A stretch of DNA of 64,000 nucleotides from an uncultured Christensenellaceae bacterium. Lineage in GTDB: Bacteria; Bacillota; Clostridia; Christensenellales; CAG-314. The notes beneath the pieces are model-generated. The model was not told where the DNA came from and made no database searches. It saw only the letters and a program-made list of their open reading frames with translations. Each line of letters opens with the position of its first letter. Position 1 is the stretch's first letter. The position numbers and the translations under genes were made by a program. Location of the stretch: contig CAJUCX010000003.1 of assembly GCA_910585195.1 (NCBI GenBank), positions 65,828 through 129,827 on the forward strand, in the 5' to 3' direction. This document shows, one piece after another, positions 1 to 10,061 of the stretch.

Positions 1-599
1 TAGGTTTTTTTGTTTTTATATCTCGCAAAGCCGCCGCGGCGGATAGTGGTGTCGTGCCACAATTTCAAGTCCATATCAAATTTTTGACTGCCGTCAAATA
101 TAGTCGCAATATTTGTCCCGTCGTCAAAACTTACGATAGTTACCCAGTGGTGAGATTCCAACAACTCTATTGCGCCGTTTGACAAATTCAAAAATGCAAC
201 CGGACAGTTTTCGGACAGGGCGGTTTTTACAAACTGCGCCGAGTCGTCAAAACTCGGTTTTTTATCGTCGGGATACTTAAAGTAAGTGCATTCATACGGC
301 AAAGAGCGTTCTTCAAAAAACTTGTTGCTGCCGCTTGCAAAGTCTTCCACGTGGTCGAGTCCGTAAATGCCCGGCGTTACAAAAAGCCACATATTTTGCA
401 TTATTTCCAAACGCTGTTCTTTGGTGGCAAACGGCGTCGGGTCTATGCACGCAAACAAATTGCTTGCGGTCGTCGCGCCGCAGCCCGACAGGCGCTGTAA
501 AAATGACGGATACCAACTTTGGCTGCCGCCGTAATATATTTTGTTACCGATTGTCGCGGTAAGTTTTTTTATTTTTTCGTTGTCGATAGAGTATACCAT
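1..599 (-). CDS. Hypothetical protein, 3' end beyond window edge; possible papain-like/C39-like cysteine peptidase fold
   Basis: My own minus-strand translation from ATG at 599 gives 199 codons with no stop down to position 1 (MVYSIDNEKIKKLTATIGNKIYYGGSQSWYPSFLQRLSGCGATTASNLF...LESHHWVTIVSFDDG...). It is absent from the ORF track because it has no in-window stop. Q...SGCG followed later by HHW resembles a Cys/His dyad. The family call is by eye only. Confidence 0.5.
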   Translation of the reverse strand, partial: MVYSIDNEKIKKLTATIGNKIYYGGSQSWYPSFLQRLSGCGATTASNLFACIDPTPFATKEQRLEIMQNMWLFVTPGIYGLDHVEDFASGSNKFFEERSLPYECTYFKYPDDKKPSFDDSAQFVKTALSENCPVAFLNLSNGAIELLESHHWVTIVSFDDGTNIATIFDGSQKFDMDLKLWHDTTIRRGGFARYKNKKT

Positions 600-755
600 A
601 TAATATTTCTTATGAAAAAATAAAAAATACTGTGATTTTTGCTTTTTTCCCGAAAGAAATACAAATTGCATTTACCGTTTTTATAGTTGCACTGTAATTA
701 CATTTTATTTGCCGTACAATGTAGCCATACATTTTAGTGCTTTTATAAAACACAA

Positions 756-2447
756 CTACATTTGTTCCGGTACGTCTATGCCGAGCAATGCAAGCCCGTC
801 TTTGATTATTTTGTTTACTGCGTCGGTTGCGTAAAGACGCGGTATCTGTCTGGACAACTCTTCGTCCAAAATGCGGTGTCCTATGTAAAATTTGTTATAC
901 GCCTGCGCAAGGTCTATCAAATATTTTGACAGTATAGACGGCTCGTATTTTTCCGCTGCGTCGGCAATTACAGACGGATATTTGTTTATTAGTTTTACCA
1001 ACTGTTTGCTCTCGTCGCTTTGCAAAGAATCGAAGTCGGGGGCGATTCGTGCGTTTATTGCATTTCCTGCCTTATTAAGCACGCTGTTTGTGCGCGCATA
1101 GGTGTATTGCAGGTAAGGGCAGGTTTCTCCCTCGAAGTTTAACACCTTGTCCAAAGAAAAGGTTATGTCTTTTATTCTTGCGTTTTGCAATGCGGAAAAT
1201 ATTACCGCGCCGACGCCGATTTTTTCCGCAACATCGTCTTTATCCTTCAATGCGGGGTTTTTATCGTGTATTATCTGTTTTGCCTTTTCTACCGCGCTGT
1301 CAAGCACTTTCGAAAGCCATACGACGTTGCCTTTGCGCGTCGACATAGAGCCTTCCGCCAAGGAGACCATTCCGTAAGCGACGTGTATGCAATCTTTCGC
1401 CCAGTCGTTGCCCAAAAGTTCCAACACCTTAAACACTTGCTTAAAGTGCAGGTTTTGCTGATAAGCCACAACGTATAAGGATTTATAAAAATCGTACGTG
1501 TTTTTGCGGTAGTACGCCGCCGCAAGGTCGCGCGTTGCGTAAAGCGTTGCGCCGTCTGCTTTTACCAGCAGGCAAGGGGACATTCCGTATTCTTCCAAAT
1601 CTACAATCTTTGCGCCGTCGCTTACCTTTACAAGTCCTTTGCTTTCCAACTCGTCAAGCACGGGTTGCATTTTGTCGTTGTAAAAACTCTCGCCGGCGTA
1701 ACTGTCGAAAGTTACGTTAAGGCGCTTGTAAATTTTGTTTACTTCTTTTAGCGTTATGTCCTTAAACCAACCAAACAGTTGCAGCGCGCGCTCGTCGCCT
1801 TGTTCTATCTTGGCAAACCAACGGCGCGCCTGTTCCGTAAGTTCGGGATTGGTTTCTTCTTCTCTGTGGAATTTTACGTAAATTTCCTGCAAGGCTTCTA
1901 CGCCGCCTTGCTCTATCTTTTCTTTGTCGCCCCAAAGGTCGTACGCGACAATCAATTTGCCGAATTGCGTGCCCCAGTCGCCCAAGTGATTTATGCCGAC
2001 GACGTCGTAACCTTGTTTTTTAAGCAATTTATACAAACTTCCGCCTATTGCCGTAGTGCCCAAATGCCCTATATGAAAAGGCTTTGCTATGTTTATGGAC
2101 GAGTAGTCTATACAAACAGTTTTGCCTTTGCCGACTTCGCTCGCGCCGAAGTTTTCCTGACGCGCTTCCGCAAGTACGGAGTAAGCAAGCACCGTGTTGT
2201 CTACAAAAAAGTTTAAGTAGCCGTTTACCGCGCGGACTTCTTTTACTATTTGACAGCCGCCGAAACTTTCTTTAAGTTGCTCTGCAATCTGTACGGGCGA
2301 TTTTTTCAGCGCCTTTGCAAATCGAAAACAAGGCAGAGAAAAATCTCCCAAGTCGCTGTTTGCGGTTTCGGTTATCATTGCGTAAATTTCGTCCTGACTT
2401 ACGCCGTCTATATTCAACTGACTGCTTAAAATTTTCTTTACGTCCAT
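756..2447 (-). CDS. argS: Arginine--tRNA ligase
   Basis: Class I HIGH motif (PFHIGHLGTTAIG) and ArgRS-like N-terminal and anticodon-binding regions. The start is moved from the track's 2471 to the ATG at 2447 (MDVKKIL), which is preceded by GGGAGAA. Confidence 0.93.
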   Translation of the reverse strand: MDVKKILSSQLNIDGVSQDEIYAMITETANSDLGDFSLPCFRFAKALKKSPVQIAEQLKESFGGCQIVKEVRAVNGYLNFFVDNTVLAYSVLAEARQENFGASEVGKGKTVCIDYSSINIAKPFHIGHLGTTAIGGSLYKLLKKQGYDVVGINHLGDWGTQFGKLIVAYDLWGDKEKIEQGGVEALQEIYVKFHREEETNPELTEQARRWFAKIEQGDERALQLFGWFKDITLKEVNKIYKRLNVTFDSYAGESFYNDKMQPVLDELESKGLVKVSDGAKIVDLEEYGMSPCLLVKADGATLYATRDLAAAYYRKNTYDFYKSLYVVAYQQNLHFKQVFKVLELLGNDWAKDCIHVAYGMVSLAEGSMSTRKGNVVWLSKVLDSAVEKAKQIIHDKNPALKDKDDVAEKIGVGAVIFSALQNARIKDITFSLDKVLNFEGETCPYLQYTYARTNSVLNKAGNAINARIAPDFDSLQSDESKQLVKLINKYPSVIADAAEKYEPSILSKYLIDLAQAYNKFYIGHRILDEELSRQIPRLYATDAVNKIIKDGLALLGIDVPEQM

Positions 2448-2537
2448 TTTTTCTCCCGTATTTTCTCCCAAAAGGTTTTGGCAATATGGATACCGATTAA
2501 AGATAATCAGTATAAAATTTTTGCTTTATATAATAAG

Positions 2538-3890
2538 TTACTTGCAAAGTTCTTTTACCGCTTGATAGTACAGTTCCGTCATCAGGCGCAGACGGTCAAG
2601 CGACACGCGTTCGTTGGTTTCGTGTATTACCTTTTCATCGTCGGGAAACACGGGTCCAAACGCTACGCCCATAGGCAGCGCCCTTGCATAGGTTGCTCCG
2701 CCGACTGCTAACGGCTCGGCGTTTTGCCCCGTTGCGTCGTTGTAAATTTTAAGCAAAGTCTGCACCAACTTACTGTCGGACGGTACGTATAACGGGTCGT
2801 GGCGCCCTTGCACCTTAAACGATACGCCGTCGGGCGAGTTTTGTGTTATTTTTTCAAGTACTTCGTTTTGAGTATATGAGACGGGGTACCTTATGTCAAG
2901 CCCCAAAAGCAGTCTGCCGCATTCCGTGCGTAAAAAGCCGACGTTTATCGTCATTTTTCCGCTTTGCGCGTCCTGCAAAGGCAAGCCCCAACTTTCGCCG
3001 TAAAAATCTCCGCAAATCTTATCGCAAACAAAGTTTATCGTTTGGTCGTCGGGATAGAGGGCTTTAAGCGCCTTAAACAACTTCCAACTTGCATTGTCGC
3101 CGACTTGCGGCGTGGAGCCGTGCGCCGACTTGCCGTAAGCGGTTATTGTCGTCTTGCCGTCTTTTACGCAAACTTCCAAATCGCCGTTAATGTCCGACTG
3201 TGCGCTGTCTGCTTTGCGGTATACTTTTATGCCGCCGTCGACAACTGCGGTGCATTCGTCAAGCACGATGTTTGCGCGCTGACCGCCGTTTACCGTCAGA
3301 CCGTCGGGCAGTTTGCCTGCGTCAAGCAGCAAATGACATACGCCCTTTTCTACGTTTATTACAGGAAAGTCGCCGTCGGGAGATATGCCGACGCCAGGCA
3401 ACTTTACTTTTTTTGCGTAGTAGTCCATACAGCCCCAGCCGCTTTCTTCGTCGCAGCCGAATATCAGCCGTATCTTTTTGCCGGGGCAAAAGCCTTCGTC
3501 CATAAGTTGTTTTACCGCATACAGACAGGCAATCATAGGACCCTTGTCGTCAAGCACGCCTCTGCCGTACAAATAGCCGTCTTTTATTTCTGCGGCAAAG
3601 GGCGAAGCCTTCCAACCTTTTTCTGCAACGGGCACTACGTCAAGATGACCCAATATGCCGAAGATTTCTTCGCCGTGGCCGAAGTCTGCGTGTCCGGCGT
3701 AGTTGTCGCAGTTGTAAGTTTCAAAGCCCATTTCTTTTGCAAGGTCAAGCACGAAATTAAGGCATTTTGCGTTGCCTTCGCCAAACGGCATATTTTCTTT
3801 TGCGGGACTTTTTATCGTGTCGAATTGCAGCACTTTGCGCAAAGACGCGAGCATTTCGTCAAAGGTTTTTTGCGTTATATTAAATTGCAT
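2538..3890 (-). CDS. pepV: M20-family dipeptidase (PepV/Sapep-like)
   Basis: 450 aa. HLDVVP, GRGVLDDKGP and CDEESGW motifs are typical of M20A dipeptidases. Confidence 0.85.
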   Translation of the reverse strand: MQFNITQKTFDEMLASLRKVLQFDTIKSPAKENMPFGEGNAKCLNFVLDLAKEMGFETYNCDNYAGHADFGHGEEIFGILGHLDVVPVAEKGWKASPFAAEIKDGYLYGRGVLDDKGPMIACLYAVKQLMDEGFCPGKKIRLIFGCDEESGWGCMDYYAKKVKLPGVGISPDGDFPVINVEKGVCHLLLDAGKLPDGLTVNGGQRANIVLDECTAVVDGGIKVYRKADSAQSDINGDLEVCVKDGKTTITAYGKSAHGSTPQVGDNASWKLFKALKALYPDDQTINFVCDKICGDFYGESWGLPLQDAQSGKMTINVGFLRTECGRLLLGLDIRYPVSYTQNEVLEKITQNSPDGVSFKVQGRHDPLYVPSDSKLVQTLLKIYNDATGQNAEPLAVGGATYARALPMGVAFGPVFPDDEKVIHETNERVSLDRLRLMTELYYQAVKELCK

Positions 3891-4134
3891 ATTTCTCCCG
3901 ATGCGCTTTCAGCAAGCGTTTATATATTTTATTTTTCAACGATGTTTATTTTCAAGCGTTTTTTGTCAAAAACACTTATTTCGACCTAAGATTTCAACAA
4001 TTTGTTTACTTGTACAATATACTGCAAGTTTGCTTTATAAAAACTACTGAAATATTATACACAATTTTGCCCAAATGTGCTACATTTAATAAGGCATTTT
4101 ATATACCGTATTTTTGTTTTGACGGAGTATCGTT

Positions 4135-5574
4135 ATGATTAAAGAAATTCGCACTCGTTTTGCGCCAAGCCCTACGGGGTACATGCACATCGGCAATTTA
4201 AGAACGGCCTTGTACGCTTATCTTTATGCAAAGAGCAATAACGGCAAATTTATCTTGCGCATAGAAGACACCGACGCAGAGAGATACGTAGAGGGCGCGG
4301 TGGAAATTATTTTGTCAACCTTAAAAAAGGTGGGTATGGACTATGACGAGGGACCTATCGTAGGCGGCCCTTACGGTCCTTACGTGCAGAGCCAACGCAA
4401 AAACGAATATATGAAGTATGCTTTGCAACTTGTGGAAAAGGGCGAGGCTTATTATTGTTTTTGCGATAAAGAAAGGCTGGAAAATCTTCCCGACGTAAAC
4501 GGCGCGAGAAAATACGACAAGCACTGTCTGCATTTATCCAAAGAAGAAATAAAAGCAAAACTCGACGCAGGGGTGCCGTTTGTCATCAGACAGAATATGC
4601 CCGCGGAAGGCAAAACCAAATATCACGATATGGTGTTTGGCGATATAGAGATAGACAACAGCGAGTTGGAAGACAATATCTTGATTAAGTCGGACGGTAT
4701 GCCTACTTACAATTTTGCAAACGTAATAGACGACCATTTAATGAATATTACCGTCGTTATACGCGGACAAGAGTATTTGTCGTCTACGCCTAAATACAAT
4801 TTGCTTTATAAGGCATTCGGGTGGGAGCAACCGCTTTATATGCACTTGCCGCCTATTATGAAAGACGCACAGCACAAACTTTCCAAACGAAACGGCGACG
4901 CAAGTTTTGAAGATTTGTTAAAAAAGGGCTTTCTGACGGAAGCCATTGTAAATTACATTGCGTTGCTCGGCTGGTCGCCTAAGGGCAACGAAGAAAAACT
5001 CTCTATGCAAGAACTTAAAGAAACGTTTTCCATTGAGGGCATTTCAAAATCGCAGTCGATATTCGACGAGCAAAAACTGCGGTGGTTGAACGGCAGATAT
5101 ATAAAAGAACTGCCTTTTGACCAATTCGTAAAACTCGCAACGCCGTATCTCGACCAAAGTAAGGTTGCGGGCAAATACGACTATGCAAAACTTTGCAAAC
5201 TGGTTCAGTCAAGAATAGATACCCTAAGCGATATTGCAGGACTGGTCGACTTTTTGGAAGAGTTCGACAAATTTGACGGCGAACTTTATTTCAACAAAAA
5301 ACTCAAAACCGATGCGGCGGTTGCAAAACGGGTGCTGCCGCACGTCATACAAAAACTTTCTGCTTTGACGCAATGGGACGAAACTTCCATACATGACGCG
5401 TTGATTGGTTTGGTGGCGGAGCTCGAAGTCAAAAACGGCATAGTATTGTGGCCGACGAGAGTTGCAATTTCAGGCAAGGCGAGCACGCCGGGCGGCGCTA
5501 CGGAACTTGCCGATTTGCTTGGCAAAGAAGAAACTTTGCGACGTCTCGATTTTGCAATAGGTTTACTGCAATAA
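4135..5574 (+). CDS. gltX: Glutamate--tRNA ligase
   Basis: RFAPSPTGYMHIGNLRTAL (HIGH) and KLSKRNG (KMSKS); 479 aa. Confidence 0.95.
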   Translation: MIKEIRTRFAPSPTGYMHIGNLRTALYAYLYAKSNNGKFILRIEDTDAERYVEGAVEIILSTLKKVGMDYDEGPIVGGPYGPYVQSQRKNEYMKYALQLVEKGEAYYCFCDKERLENLPDVNGARKYDKHCLHLSKEEIKAKLDAGVPFVIRQNMPAEGKTKYHDMVFGDIEIDNSELEDNILIKSDGMPTYNFANVIDDHLMNITVVIRGQEYLSSTPKYNLLYKAFGWEQPLYMHLPPIMKDAQHKLSKRNGDASFEDLLKKGFLTEAIVNYIALLGWSPKGNEEKLSMQELKETFSIEGISKSQSIFDEQKLRWLNGRYIKELPFDQFVKLATPYLDQSKVAGKYDYAKLCKLVQSRIDTLSDIAGLVDFLEEFDKFDGELYFNKKLKTDAAVAKRVLPHVIQKLSALTQWDETSIHDALIGLVAELEVKNGIVLWPTRVAISGKASTPGGATELADLLGKEETLRRLDFAIGLLQ

Positions 5575-5643
5575 AATACGGTAAAACTCGTTTGGTAAAT
5601 TTTATATTTTATTGATAGGTGCAACTTGCGCCGAGAGGAAAAT

Positions 5644-7239
5644 ATGTTAGTTAAAATAAAAGATTTTGCAAACAGCATTTATTTTATATACGCAGTTGCC
5701 GCAGTTGTGGCGCTGACTTGGTTTACGGGGTGGGAAGTTGCAGGCATAGTCATTTTGGCGTTGGTTGCAGTAACCTCTTTGTTGCTGCAACGCAGTTGCG
5801 CGCCGTTTTTGGCAATAACTTTAACGTTGCCGTATTGTTTTTCGGGCAAACAAATACCAGATTCTTACGACTTGTCGTATATATTGCAAAATTACGTTTG
5901 GCTTGCGGTTATCGCCGCGGTTGTCGTGCTTTATGCGGTATTTTGCATTGCATATCATTTGGTTAAGTTTCCTTATGCCAAAGAACAGCGGTTTAACCTT
6001 TCGGGCAGTTTTGTGCTTTGTTTAATTGCCATTACCCTTGCAGGATTGCTTTCGGCACAATTCGACTTGCAAAGCAATATATTCGTGCTTCTTATGTATG
6101 CAATGGTGTTTGTGTGTTACGTCGTCTATTCCACAGGCAACGTAAAAAATATGAAGGATTTCGTTGCGCACGTTATTGTTGCCGCAGGGCTTGTAATTGT
6201 GTTTGAGGCAGTCGTGTTTTACATAAGAAGCGGAAATCTTTTGGAAGCATTGGAGTATAAATGGATTGACCTTGGCTGGGGCACTGCAAACAACATTGCA
6301 ACGACTTTTTGTTTTGCCATTATAGCGGCGGTTTATCTTTATTTGGCAAAAAACAAGTCGGCATATTTCTTTATGGCGGTGCTGTTCGGCATAGGTGAGT
6401 TGCTTATGTTCAGCCGCGGCAACTTGCTTTCATTGGGGCTGTCGGCTCCGTTTTTGCTGTGGTTTATCATTGCAAAAAGCCAAAACAAAAAAAAGACGGG
6501 CATACTTATTGGTATAGTGGTTGCCGCCGTTGCAGTGGTCGCAATCGTCAAGTGGGACGCTTTTATTGAACTTTCAAGCACTATGCTTTGGGATAAAGGA
6601 ATGTTCAATGCCGACAGGCGCCAACTTTGGGGCGATTATGCAAATATGTTTAGCCAAAATCTGTTTTTAGGCAACGGCTTCTATGGCTATGCCACGGTTG
6701 ACGGCGTGCTGCATATGGAACTTTTGCCGCACTCTGTTTTACTTATTATTGCGTCGGGTATGGGCGGGGCAGGTCTTATTATATTCGGTTATCACTATTA
6801 CAAAAAGTATCTGATATTATTTACTTATAAATCTACTTTCAGTTTTGCAGTTCTGTTTGCGGCGTTCTATTTGTTTATGTATTCCAGTATGGATGTAAAT
6901 TTCTTTTTGCCGTATCAAAATTTGATTATCCTCGCCTTGCTGGAAGCGGCAAAGCAAGAACACTGTCAACTGTGCGCAGAAAAGAAAGAAAAAGAATTGT
7001 CGCCAAAACTGTCTGCGGTGTTTATTCTGTCCGGAATTGTGCTTGCGGTAATTGCCACGCTTTATCTTATCAATGCGCCTGTGCTTCAAGACAACGGACA
7101 TTATTCTTTGTCGGAGGTTCCGCATTTCCTCTCTCTTGCGCTGTATATGGCGGGCGGAGTGCTTGTGTTTTTGGGACTTGACAAACTTCAACTGCATATA
7201 CAGACAAAAAACAATACCTCACAAAACCGATTAGAATAA
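5644..7239 (+). CDS. Polytopic membrane protein, O-antigen ligase/polymerase-like (Wzy_C-type)
   Basis: It has at least 10 hydrophobic segments and a central loop with a FSRGNLLSLGL-type motif. The ATG at 5644 is preceded by GAGAGGAA. Confidence 0.6.
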   Translation: MLVKIKDFANSIYFIYAVAAVVALTWFTGWEVAGIVILALVAVTSLLLQRSCAPFLAITLTLPYCFSGKQIPDSYDLSYILQNYVWLAVIAAVVVLYAVFCIAYHLVKFPYAKEQRFNLSGSFVLCLIAITLAGLLSAQFDLQSNIFVLLMYAMVFVCYVVYSTGNVKNMKDFVAHVIVAAGLVIVFEAVVFYIRSGNLLEALEYKWIDLGWGTANNIATTFCFAIIAAVYLYLAKNKSAYFFMAVLFGIGELLMFSRGNLLSLGLSAPFLLWFIIAKSQNKKKTGILIGIVVAAVAVVAIVKWDAFIELSSTMLWDKGMFNADRRQLWGDYANMFSQNLFLGNGFYGYATVDGVLHMELLPHSVLLIIASGMGGAGLIIFGYHYYKKYLILFTYKSTFSFAVLFAAFYLFMYSSMDVNFFLPYQNLIILALLEAAKQEHCQLCAEKKEKELSPKLSAVFILSGIVLAVIATLYLINAPVLQDNGHYSLSEVPHFLSLALYMAGGVLVFLGLDKLQLHIQTKNNTSQNRLE

Positions 7240-7261
7240 AAAATAAAATTACAGATACGAA

Positions 7262-7290
7262 AGAACGCAAAGAGGTTTGCGTTCTTTTTT
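7262..7290 (+). terminator. Rho-independent terminator after the Wzy-like gene
   Basis: GAACGCAAA-gagg-TTTGCGTTC followed by T6. Confidence 0.8.
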
Positions 7291-7385
7291 ACTTAAAGAG
7301 GTAAATATTTGTATGAACTTACAACCTGTATTTTTATGTTTTGTCGGGTTTTATTTGCGGTAGGCATTGTCGCACACAAGCATTG

Positions 7386-7414
7386 TTGACACCGACAATT
7401 CAAAGTGTTAAAAT
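7386..7414 (+). promoter_or_regulatory. Sigma-70-type promoter for the DUF1538/P-II operon
   Basis: TTGACA (7386-7391), 17-nt spacer, TAAAAT (7409-7414). Confidence 0.65.
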
Positions 7415-7464
7415 GACTTAGTATAGATATTGCAACAATAGGTTGTTTGCGGTGCGGAGGAAAA

Positions 7465-9033
7465 ATGGCAAAAGCGTTGCTTTCAAAACTTAAAGAATCT
7501 TTAATATCGGTTTTGCCGGTTACGGCAATAGTGCTGATAATTTCCTTTACGCCGTTGGTAGACCTTACGGTTACCGAGACCGTTGCTTTTATAGTTTCCG
7601 CCGTGCTTTTGATTTTGGGCATCGGTTTGTTTAATTTGGGCGCAGACCTTGCTATGACGCCTATGGGCGAACACGTCGGCTCGGGTCTTACAAAGTCCAA
7701 AAAACTGCTTGTGCTTATTGCAGTTTGCTTTGTGTTGGGCGTGCTTATTACCATTGCGGAGCCCGATTTGTCGGTGCTTGCAAACCAAGTAAAAGACATT
7801 ATGCCGGGCGAAGGCGACTCGAGCAAGTGGCTGCTTGTTATAGTTGTCGGTTTGGGCGTCGGGTTGTTTCTCGTGTTTGCGGTCATTAAAATCGTATTTC
7901 ACAAAGACTTGTCGACAATGCTGATGTTTTTCTATATGATGCTGTTTGCGGTGTGCGCTATTTTAGCGGAAAACGGCAAATTCGGCTTGCTGCCGCTTTC
8001 TTTCGATTCCGGCGGTGTAACAACAGGGCCTATAACGGTGCCTTTTATTATGGCGCTTGGCGTAGGCATATCGTCGACAATAGGCGGAAGAAATGCCAAC
8101 GAAAATAGTTTCGGTTTAATCGCGCTTTGCTCGGTCGGTCCCGTAATTGCCGTAATGCTGCTTGCGTTGACAACGACCGGCGACCTGTCGGTATATAATA
8201 CGGACATTTATGCCATAGAAGAAAGTCTCGGCGCAAACTTCGGTCCGCTTGTACTTAAAAAGGTTGGCGAAGTTGCTCTTGCATTGGGGTTAGTGGTCGC
8301 ATTCTTCTTTATATTGCAGTTTATTATGTTGAAACTTCCGCGCAAAAAACTCGCGCAGATAGGCGTAGGCATAGTTTATACGTTTTTAGGTTTGGTAATT
8401 TTTCTTATCGCCGTGGAAATCGGCTTTATGCCGATAGGTTATAAAATCGGCACCCAAATAGCGGACAAAAATCCGACGCTGCTTGTTTTGTTCGGTTTTG
8501 TCTTAGGTATGGTCGTAGTCCTTGCCGAGCCCGCCGTGCACGTTTTGAACAGACAGGTTGAAGAAGTTACCGGCGGCGGTGTAAAAAAGAGAGAAATGCT
8601 TATTGCCCTTTCCGTAGCGGTAGGAATTTCAATAGGGCTTACAATCATAAGAATGATTTTTCAATTCTCCATTTTATTTTATTTGATACCCGGTTATCTT
8701 ATTTCGTTGGGGCTGTCTTTCTTTGTACCTAAGATATATACCGCAATCGCGTTTGACTCGGGCGGCGTAGCAAGCGGTCCGCTGACGTCAAGTTTTATTT
8801 TGCCGTTGGTAGTAGGTGCGTGCGTTTCGCTGTGGGGAAATACCGAGATTTACAGTTTGGCGTTCGGTGTGGTTGCAATGGTTGCAATGACGCCGCTTAT
8901 CACCATACAAGTGTTGGGTTTCAAGGCGGTGGCGTCGTCAAAAGTGCGCACGAAAATCGCGCTCAGGCGGATACTTTCCGCAGACGACGAGCAGATAATT
9001 TACTTTGCCGATAAGGGGGATTCCAATGACTAA
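7465..9033 (+). CDS. Fused double DUF1538-type membrane protein
   Basis: The ATG at 7465 follows GGAGG. Two homologous halves each contain ...G.MP.G...G, EP(D/A)..VL and (S/A)FDSGGV(T/A)(T/S)GP motifs. The protein is highly hydrophobic. Confidence 0.75.
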   Translation: MAKALLSKLKESLISVLPVTAIVLIISFTPLVDLTVTETVAFIVSAVLLILGIGLFNLGADLAMTPMGEHVGSGLTKSKKLLVLIAVCFVLGVLITIAEPDLSVLANQVKDIMPGEGDSSKWLLVIVVGLGVGLFLVFAVIKIVFHKDLSTMLMFFYMMLFAVCAILAENGKFGLLPLSFDSGGVTTGPITVPFIMALGVGISSTIGGRNANENSFGLIALCSVGPVIAVMLLALTTTGDLSVYNTDIYAIEESLGANFGPLVLKKVGEVALALGLVVAFFFILQFIMLKLPRKKLAQIGVGIVYTFLGLVIFLIAVEIGFMPIGYKIGTQIADKNPTLLVLFGFVLGMVVVLAEPAVHVLNRQVEEVTGGGVKKREMLIALSVAVGISIGLTIIRMIFQFSILFYLIPGYLISLGLSFFVPKIYTAIAFDSGGVASGPLTSSFILPLVVGACVSLWGNTEIYSLAFGVVAMVAMTPLITIQVLGFKAVASSKVRTKIALRRILSADDEQIIYFADKGDSND

Positions 9034-9493
9034 CAACCGTCAGGACAGAGTTGCCAAAATAGAGGCAAAATATAAAAAGCGCGCGCAAGCTGTCAAAGAA
9101 AAAATAAACAAAACAAAGTCATCGGGAAAACACACCGTCGACACCAACAGATTGGAGTTGATGATAACCATAGTCGGAAGAAACAAAGCAGAGTTTTATC
9201 TCGACCTTATACAGTCATTCGAGGTAAATTTGCAGGTTATGGTTATGGCGCACGGCACTGCGGATGCAACTATGCGCAGTCTGTTGGGGCTTACCGACTC
9301 CGACAAGACTGTAATATTCAGCATAGTGCAGGAAAATATGGTGCCTAACATTATGGGTTTGCTGGACAATAAGTTCAAAACCATAAAAAACGGCAAAGGC
9401 GTGGCGTTTACCGTGCCGATGTCAAGCGTAATAGGCGCGTTGATATTCGGGTTTTTAAGCAACAATACCAAAACCGTTAAGGAGGAAAAATAA
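9026..9493 (+). CDS. P-II-like protein with Lys-rich N-terminal extension
   Basis: The ATG at 9026 follows AAGGGGGA and overlaps the upstream stop by 8 nt. The core (LELMITIVGRNKAEFYLDLIQ...VMVMAHGTA...) is a beta-alpha-beta P-II-like pattern. Confidence 0.65.
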   Translation: MTNNRQDRVAKIEAKYKKRAQAVKEKINKTKSSGKHTVDTNRLELMITIVGRNKAEFYLDLIQSFEVNLQVMVMAHGTADATMRSLLGLTDSDKTVIFSIVQENMVPNIMGLLDNKFKTIKNGKGVAFTVPMSSVIGALIFGFLSNNTKTVKEEK

Positions 9494-9495
9494 CT

Positions 9496-9849
9496 ATGGC
9501 TAAAAACGAATACGAGTTGGTTATCTGCATCGTAAACGCAGGTTATGCCGAAACGGTTATGGACGCCGCAAAGGACGTCGGAGCACGTGGCGGCACTGTT
9601 ATAAACGCAAGGGGAACGGCAAACAAAGAAGCGGAAAAAATCTTCAATATAGCCATTCAGCCGGAAAAAGAAATCGTTATGATTTTGGTTCCGTCAAAGA
9701 TTAAAGACGACGTACTTCACGCTATTTATAAACTTGCGGGTTTGAAGTCTGCGGGCAAAGGCATTGCATTTTCCTTGCCGGTAAATCAGACGGTTGGTAT
9801 TGCAAAGGCAGAGGAAACTCCTGCCGAAAAAGAAAAACCGCAAGAATAA
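9496..9849 (+). CDS. P-II family (nitrogen-regulatory-like) protein
   Basis: 117 aa. YELVICIVNAGYAETVMDAAKDVGARGGTVINARGTA is a typical P-II N-terminus. The gene starts 2 nt after the previous stop. Confidence 0.75.
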   Translation: MAKNEYELVICIVNAGYAETVMDAAKDVGARGGTVINARGTANKEAEKIFNIAIQPEKEIVMILVPSKIKDDVLHAIYKLAGLKSAGKGIAFSLPVNQTVGIAKAEETPAEKEKPQE

Positions 9850-9934
9850 TTTGCAATTTAATAAGACAAAACAGCAGATGTTGCTATCTGACGATTATAG
9901 GTGTTTATTAGTAAATACAACCGCAACAAGAGAT

Positions 9935-9968
9935 AACCCCGCCGACCTTAATAGGTCGGCGGGGTTTG
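9935..9968 (+). terminator. Rho-independent terminator
   Basis: CCCCGCCGACC-ttaata-GGTCGGCGGGG followed by TTTGT. Confidence 0.85.
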
Positions 9969-10061
9969 TAATAATAACTTTAATTATTAAATTTCAATAA
10001 AACTGTAAAATAACTTTAATTATTAAGTTACTATAAATGATAAATATTTGCTACGCGCAAA

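Noticed and set aside
2964-3989. 341-aa plus-strand ORF.
   Set aside because: It is antisense to the well-supported M20 dipeptidase gene. The translation is Arg/Cys/Phe/Val-rich with no motifs, which is typical of a shadow ORF. The same reasoning applies to the other long antisense ORFs: 27846-28970, 19374-20111, 18522-19166, 34211-35026, 15987-16613, 49591-50253, 42191-42826, 7293-7886 and 24555-25175.
9973-10030. 17-bp direct repeat ATAACTTTAATTATTAA occurring twice, 38 bp apart, between convergent genes.
   Set aside because: It is a short, very AT-rich repeat in a terminator-proximal spacer. It has no associated inverted repeats or ORFs, so it is probably a low-complexity coincidence.
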